Source: Trueperaceae bacterium
Lineage (GTDB): Bacteria; Deinococcota; Deinococci; Deinococcales; Trueperaceae
Length of the DNA: 64,000 nt
Direction of reading: 5' to 3'
Assembly (NCBI GenBank): GCA_965213705.1
Contig: OZ243913.1
Location: forward strand, 3,616,001-3,680,000
Below are positions 58,435 through 64,000 of this stretch, one piece after another (position 1 is the first letter of the stretch; every line of letters begins with the position of its first letter). The notes beneath the pieces were generated by a model that was not told the DNA's origin, searched no databases, and saw only the letters and a list, made by a program, of their open reading frames with translations. A program made the position numbers and the translations under genes.

Positions 58435-59736
58435 ATGACCGACTACCAAAACACGCTTCAGGTTACCGGCGGCACGCCGCTAAAGGGGACTGTCCGCGTC
58501 AACGCCGCCAAAAACTCGGTGCTCGTCCTGATGTTGGGCGCGCTTCTCAGCCGCGAACGCGTCGTGCTGCAGGCCGTCCCGCGGCTCAGCGACATCCTGG
58601 TGATGGTGGACTTGCTGCGGCACTTCGGCGCGACCGTGACCTGGCAGGGCAACGACCTGCACATCCAGGCCGACACCCTTACGACCTGCGCCGCGCCCTA
58701 CCACTTGGTCAGCAAAATGCGCGCCAGCTTCGTCGCGCTGGGCGCGCTGCTCGGGCGTTGTGGCAACGTAAAAATGCCGATGCCCGGCGGTTGCGCCTTC
58801 GGTCCCCGCCCGGTCGACCGCCACATCAAAGCCTTCAAAGCGCTCGGCGCGCAAGTGTTGGAAGAAGAGGGCGACTTCGTCGTGAATTTGCCGCAACCCT
58901 TGAGCGGAAGAGTGGTGTTCGAAGCGCCGACCGTCGGCGGCACCCAAAACATCTTGCTGGCGAGCGTGTTGGGCACGGGTGAAGTAACAATTCAGAACGC
59001 CGCCTGCGAACCCGAAATCGTCGACCTGGCGAACCTGCTCGTCTGCATGGGCGCACGCATCACGGGTGCGGGCACGCCGACCGTCCACGTTGTCGGCGTA
59101 AGAAGCCTGCACGGCGTCACTTACCGCGCCATCCCCGACCGCATCGAAGCGGGCACGCTGATGTTGGCCGTCGCCGCCACGAGGGGCGCGGCGTTGTTCG
59201 AAGACGTGAACTTCGAGCACCTGAAAGCGGTCGTCGCCAAGCTGCGCGAGGCGGGTGTGCAGGTCACCCCGGAGGGGCAAGACAAACTGTTTGTCGACGC
59301 TTCCGGCACGTTGCGCCCTGTGGACCTGGCCGCACTCGAGTACCCCGGCATTCCCACCGACCTGCAAGGCCCGTTCGGCGCGTTTCTGGTGACGGTGCCG
59401 GGTGAAAGCGTCGTGTCCGACCACGTGTATTTCGACCACCGCTTTACCCACGTCGCACCCTTGAGCGACCTGGGCGCGGATTTAGAATTGGACTACAACA
59501 CCCTCACCATTCGGGGCGGCCGGCCGCTGGTCGGAACGACGATGCAAGCGGCCGACATTCGCGCGGGCGGCGCGCTCATCGTGGCGGCGCTCGCCGCGCA
59601 GGGCCGCTCCAGCATCGGCGGCGTCGAGTACATCGAGCGCGGTTACGAACGAATCACCGAACGCTTGCGCGGTTTGGGCGCGGCGATTCACAAAGTTTCA
59701 CACGTCGAGGTCGTCACGGGGACGTACGGGGACTAG
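58435..59736 (+). CDS. murA: UDP-N-acetylglucosamine 1-carboxyvinyltransferase
   Basis: AKNS, MRAS, PGGCAFG.RPVD.H, PDRIEAGT, PTDLQ, DIRAG, ERGY. Confidence 0.96.
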   Translation: MTDYQNTLQVTGGTPLKGTVRVNAAKNSVLVLMLGALLSRERVVLQAVPRLSDILVMVDLLRHFGATVTWQGNDLHIQADTLTTCAAPYHLVSKMRASFVALGALLGRCGNVKMPMPGGCAFGPRPVDRHIKAFKALGAQVLEEEGDFVVNLPQPLSGRVVFEAPTVGGTQNILLASVLGTGEVTIQNAACEPEIVDLANLLVCMGARITGAGTPTVHVVGVRSLHGVTYRAIPDRIEAGTLMLAVAATRGAALFEDVNFEHLKAVVAKLREAGVQVTPEGQDKLFVDASGTLRPVDLAALEYPGIPTDLQGPFGAFLVTVPGESVVSDHVYFDHRFTHVAPLSDLGADLELDYNTLTIRGGRPLVGTTMQAADIRAGGALIVAALAAQGRSSIGGVEYIERGYERITERLRGLGAAIHKVSHVEVVTGTYGD

Positions 59737-59894
59737 GCGAGTCACAAGCCTCAACCGAGTGCCGCCAGCAGTTCAGGGATAAACAACGGCGTCGGCTGGG
59801 TCGCGCCGGGGAAATAAGGTCGAACCGGGCGCTGTTTTTTGGGGCGACGAGCGCGGCGCTCTTGCCGACGCCGGTCAAACCGACGCCGAAGAGG

Positions 59895-61112
59895 TTAGCC
59901 ACGAAGCGTTTTCAAACGCTCCCCGGCCTCGCGCAGCGCCTCGTCGGTTTTGCAAAACGCGAAGCGGACGAGGTCTTTTGCCAAGTGCTTGTGCGCGTCG
60001 CTGTAAAAGGCGCTCGGCGGAATCGCGGCGACGCGGGCGCGTTTGGGCAGGTCCAGACACAGCTCGACGTCGTCTTTGTAACCCAGGGCGCTCGAGTCCG
60101 CCATCACAAAGTAACTCCCCTGCGGAACGAGCGCCTTAAACGGCGTGGCGGCGAGGGCGTCCAGCAGCAGGTCACGTTTGCCCCGGTACATCGTTTGCAG
60201 GTCTTGGAAAAAAGGGCTCTCCGCGCGGCCCGCTTCCGCAAGCGCGTCGGCGGCGGCAAGTTGCAGCGGCGTCGCCACCGTGTAGGGTATCCACTGGTGC
60301 GCCATTCGCACGGCGTGGATAAGGGGTTGGGGTCCGACCACCCAACCGACCTTCCAGCCCGTCACCGAAAACGTTTTGCCGACCGAGGAAATCGCCAGGG
60401 TGCGCTCCCAAGCGCCGGGGCGGCTCGCGGGCGACACGTGCGGTTCGAAAACGATGTGCTCGTAAGCCTCGTCGCTGACGATTGTCGCGTCGTACTGCTC
60501 GGCAAGCCGCACGATTTCGTCGAGTTCTTCCGCGCTGAACATTTTGCCCGTCGGGTTGTGCGGGGTGTTGAGGAAGATGGCTTTGGTCTTAGCAGAAAAA
60601 GCGCGCGCCAACTCCGCAAAGTCGAGCTGCCAAGTGCCGTCGGTTTGCGGGTGCAGCGGCACGTAAACCGGCACGCCGCCCGCCATCAGCACGTCGGCGG
60701 GGTAGGCGTCGTAAAAGGGCTCGAGCAAAATCACCTCGTCGCCGGGGTCGAGGAGGGCTTGCGCCACGGCGAACAGCGCTTCGGTCGCGCCCACGGTCAC
60801 TTGTACGTTGAGCAGCGGGTCGAGGCTGCGCCCCAGCGTGGTTCCCTTGACCGTGGCGACGGCCTGGTTGAACTGCGGCATCCCCGGCAACGGCGCGTAC
60901 TGTTGGTAAGCGTTTCCCGCGCGCCGGTACGCGTCCATTACCAGGGCGGGCGGCGCGAAGTCGGGAAAACCTTGGCCCAAATTCACGGCGTCGTGTTCGG
61001 CGGCGAGGCGCGAATAGGTGGCGAACACCGTTTCGCCAAAACCGGCAACGCGCCGACTGTGCGGCAGGGCGGGAGACGGCAGGGTGGGAGACGGCAGGGT
61101 GAGGGGACGCAT
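59895..61112 (-). CDS. PLP-dependent aminotransferase class I/II (YbdL/kynurenine-like)
   Basis: NLGQGFPD, NTPHNPTG, SDEAY, SVGKTFSVTGWKVG. Confidence 0.93.
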   Translation of the reverse strand: MRPLTLPSPTLPSPALPHSRRVAGFGETVFATYSRLAAEHDAVNLGQGFPDFAPPALVMDAYRRAGNAYQQYAPLPGMPQFNQAVATVKGTTLGRSLDPLLNVQVTVGATEALFAVAQALLDPGDEVILLEPFYDAYPADVLMAGGVPVYVPLHPQTDGTWQLDFAELARAFSAKTKAIFLNTPHNPTGKMFSAEELDEIVRLAEQYDATIVSDEAYEHIVFEPHVSPASRPGAWERTLAISSVGKTFSVTGWKVGWVVGPQPLIHAVRMAHQWIPYTVATPLQLAAADALAEAGRAESPFFQDLQTMYRGKRDLLLDALAATPFKALVPQGSYFVMADSSALGYKDDVELCLDLPKRARVAAIPPSAFYSDAHKHLAKDLVRFAFCKTDEALREAGERLKTLRG

Positions 61113-61412
61113 AGGACCATCATAGAAGAAAACCGCTTTCGCGCAGGAGCCGCCGCCTCAGTCTTCCAGAACGCTTGCAGGGACGAGCGAGCAAGTTGTG
61201 AGCCGTGAGCGCCGACCGACGTTTCCCGCGTGGCAAACTTTTCGCTGTTCGCAGTCGAGGCGGCGGTCCGGGGGGTTTGTGGTTGCGGCTCCGTACCAAC
61301 AGAGTTTCTTTGTCCATGTATACTGCAAAACTGAGTCGCGCACGACCCCCCAAAGCCCCATCCCAGACCGCGTGGTCGGAAAGACCGAGCGGTCAGAATT
61401 TGTGAGTCTTTT

Positions 61413-62792
61413 ATCGACACCAACGAACCCACCTTTGCTCATTTCAACCTTTCGAAACCCTTGCAGAAAGCCGTTGCCGACCAAGGCTACAGCCGTCCCA
61501 CCCCCGTCCAGCTCGAGGCGATTCCCCCTGTTCTCGCCGGCCGAGACGTGATGGCGGCGGCGCAGACGGGCACCGGTAAAACGGCCGGGTTCACCCTGCC
61601 GCTGTTGCAGCGCCTCACCGCAACGCCGCAGAACACCTCCCGGTTCGGTCCCCGTCCGGTCCGGGCGCTCATCGTTACGCCGACGCGGGAACTTGCCGCG
61701 CAAGTCGCGGAGAGCGTCGAGACTTACAGCAAGTACCTAGACGTTCGGACGGCCGTCGTTTTCGGCGGCGTCTCCGCGGGGCCGCAAATCAGCGCGTTGC
61801 GCCGCGGCGTCGACGTGCTCGTCGCCACGCCGGGCCGCCTGCTGGACTTGGTCGGTCAAAAAGCGGTGTCGTTTTCGGAGCTGGAAATTTTAGTCCTGGA
61901 CGAGGCCGACCGGATGCTCGACATGGGCTTTATCCACGACATCCGCCGGATTATCAAACTGTTGCCCACCCGGCGGCAAACCCTCTTGTTCTCGGCGACT
62001 TTTTCAAAAGAGATTCGCCAGTTGGCCGAGGACTTCCTGAGCGACCCGGTGCGCATCGACATCACGCCGACGAACGCGGCGGCGGAAACGGTGACGCAGT
62101 GGCTTCACCCGGTCGACAAAGCGAGCAAGCCCAAAGTGCTGAGCCACCTCATCACCCACCACGGTTGGGAACAAGTGCTCGTTTTTACCCGCACCAAGCA
62201 CGGGGCCAACCGGCTGGCAAAAAAGCTCGTACAAGACGGCATCAACGCCACGGCGATTCACGGCAACAAGAGCCAGGGCGCGCGCACGCGGGCCTTGGCC
62301 GGGTTCAAAGACGGCTCGGTGCGGGTGTTGGTAGCGACCGACATCGCCGCGCGCGGCCTGGACATCGAAGAGCTGCCGCAAGTCGTGAACTTCGAACTGC
62401 CGAACGTGCCCGAGGACTACGTCCACCGCATCGGCCGGACGGGTCGCGCCGGGCTCGAGGGTCGGGCGATGTCTCTGGTCAGCGAGGACGAGGCTAAGCA
62501 GCTCTTCGACATCGAACGGTTGCTCAGACGAAGCCTGCCCCGCGAGCTGGTCGCAGGTTTCGAGCCCGCCACGGACTTTCTGACGAACCCCCGCTCAAGC
62601 TCGCCCCCCACGTCCGCCCCCCACGCTCGCAACGGCCCTCGCGGTGAGGGTCCAGGCACGCCCAGAAACGCCCCAGCACGAAACCGCCGCTCGAGACGCC
62701 CCCGACGCTCCGGCGACGGGAACAGGCCCCAATTGGACAACGCCCCCCGCAAAAAGACGAACAGCGGACCCAAAAAGCCGCGCCGCTCGTAG
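61413..62792 (+). CDS. rhlE: DEAD-box RNA helicase (RhlE-like); start codon uncertain
   Basis: [33 protein letters not shown]. The Q-motif region F..FNLS extends upstream of the TTG at 61461. Confidence 0.9.
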   Translation: MDTNEPTFAHFNLSKPLQKAVADQGYSRPTPVQLEAIPPVLAGRDVMAAAQTGTGKTAGFTLPLLQRLTATPQNTSRFGPRPVRALIVTPTRELAAQVAESVETYSKYLDVRTAVVFGGVSAGPQISALRRGVDVLVATPGRLLDLVGQKAVSFSELEILVLDEADRMLDMGFIHDIRRIIKLLPTRRQTLLFSATFSKEIRQLAEDFLSDPVRIDITPTNAAAETVTQWLHPVDKASKPKVLSHLITHHGWEQVLVFTRTKHGANRLAKKLVQDGINATAIHGNKSQGARTRALAGFKDGSVRVLVATDIAARGLDIEELPQVVNFELPNVPEDYVHRIGRTGRAGLEGRAMSLVSEDEAKQLFDIERLLRRSLPRELVAGFEPATDFLTNPRSSSPPTSAPHARNGPRGEGPGTPRNAPARNRRSRRPRRSGDGNRPQLDNAPRKKTNSGPKKPRRS

Positions 62793-63214
62793 TTGTACTT
62801 TTCGTAGTTGTACTTTCTCGAGCGACCGTAGAGCCGCCTCACGGCGCAACCGAACGAGCTGCCGGGCTCACCTCCAATACCTTTTCCGGTTGATTCTTGC
62901 TGTTAACCCGAGCCAATAGTCCTGAACCGCAGGTAGTGACTATGACGGCTGAGCATTGAGCCGTGACCGATAGCCCCGCTGTTTCAGGACTGTCCAGCGA
63001 GAAGAAAAAGATACGGGCGCCGCTAAGGAAGCGAACAACTCTTCCAAGGTTTACGAGCTGTAGTATCGGAATCCGTCTAAGTTGCCAGCGTCTTCAAGCT
63101 CATCTGGTAAGTTTGCAAGAGACCAAGCCGGTTCATCCGTACGCTCGCGCTCGGTACGCTCGTGAAGCTCACTTCACTCGGGTGGTTTTGTGAGAGAAAG
63201 CCGCCGGGCGGTGC

Positions 63215-64000
63215 TCAAATCGCCAACACCTTGGCAATCTCGAACAGCTGCGTGTCGATTTTTTTCTTGCGCTCGAAGACCAGGTTCAAGGGCACGAACA
63301 CCGTGCCGCGCTTGTCGACGCCGACCATCACGCCGGACTTGCCCTTTTGCAGGCCTTGCACGGCGGTGTAGCCGAGGCGCGAGGCCAGCACCCGGTCGCG
63401 GGTCGAGGGGCTGCCGCCGCGCTGCACGTGGCCCAGGATACTGGTGCGGATTTCGTAACCGCAGTGGGCCTCCAACTCCCGCTGCAGCGCCATCGCGCCG
63501 CCCGGATACGCGCCCTCGGCGACGACGATGATGCTGCTCGCCTTGCCGCGTTCCTGCGCGCTGATGACGAGCGCGACGACCGCCTCGGCACCCATCTCGG
63601 ACTCAGGGACGAGGATGGCTTCGGCCCCCGCAGCCACCCCGACGTTGAGGGCGATGTGGCCCGACTTGCGGCCCATCACCTCGACCAGAAAAAGCCGGTC
63701 GTGGCTCGCGGCGGTGTCGCGCAGGCGGTCGATGGCCTCGAGCGCGATGTTCATGGCCGTGTTGAAACCTATCGACACGTCGGTGCCGTAAATGTCGTTG
63801 TCGATGGTGCCGGGAATGCCGACGACCGGGAAGCCGTGTTCCTCGTACAGCTTGCTGGCCCCCCGAAATGAGCCGTCGCCGCCGATGACGACCAGGCCTT
63901 CAATCCCGTGTTCGCGCAGGTTGGCGGCGGCCTGGGCGCGGCCCTCGGGTTCGAAAAAAGGCAGACAGCGGGCGGTGCGCAAAATGGTGCCGCCGCGCTG
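63215..64000 (-). CDS. pfkA: 6-phosphofructokinase (partial, 5' end outside the window)
   Basis: IGGDGS, PGTIDND, EVMGR, LGHVQRGG. Confidence 0.95.
   Translation of the reverse strand, partial: QRGGTILRTARCLPFFEPEGRAQAAANLREHGIEGLVVIGGDGSFRGASKLYEEHGFPVVGIPGTIDNDIYGTDVSIGFNTAMNIALEAIDRLRDTAASHDRLFLVEVMGRKSGHIALNVGVAAGAEAILVPESEMGAEAVVALVISAQERGKASSIIVVAEGAYPGGAMALQRELEAHCGYEIRTSILGHVQRGGSPSTRDRVLASRLGYTAVQGLQKGKSGVMVGVDKRGTVFVPLNLVFERKKKIDTQLFEIAKVLAI

Noticed and set aside
59714..59902. Short - strand ORF with a Walker-A-like GLTGVGKS
   Set aside because: Too short and apparently frameshifted. At most a remnant of an ATPase gene, not supportable as a feature.

Overview
High-GC bacterial chromosomal window, most likely Deinococcota (Truepera-like). 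This is inferred from many apparently leaderless genes and Deinococcus-type proteins. The backbone is housekeeping genes: polA, ilvD, moaA, tyrA, purA, citrate synthase, a 2-oxoacid dehydrogenase E1a/E1b/E2 operon, uvrC, murA, a DEAD-box helicase and pfkA. Two accessory regions stand out. (1) At 4.2-10.4 kb, five toxin-antitoxin modules are separated by a recurring CTCGAG-bounded junction repeat and followed by an AT-rich two-gene, defence-like island. (2) At 37.4-50.8 kb, the main discovery is an apparent RiPP operon. It encodes a PqqD/RRE, a lasso-type B2 leader peptidase, an HPr-kinase-like enzyme, a radical SAM enzyme and a nucleotidyltransferase, but no lasso cyclase. Three small precursor genes (two absent from the ORF track, the third mis-started) have lasso-type leaders and the identical core QTFFGTFSPPASD. 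Each is interleaved with internalin-like LRR lipoprotein genes and followed by a conserved hairpin. CTCGAG is strongly over-represented across the window, and a candidate rod-shaped ncRNA lies at about 31.55-31.70 kb. No rRNA, tRNA, CRISPR array, integrase or transposase was recognised.
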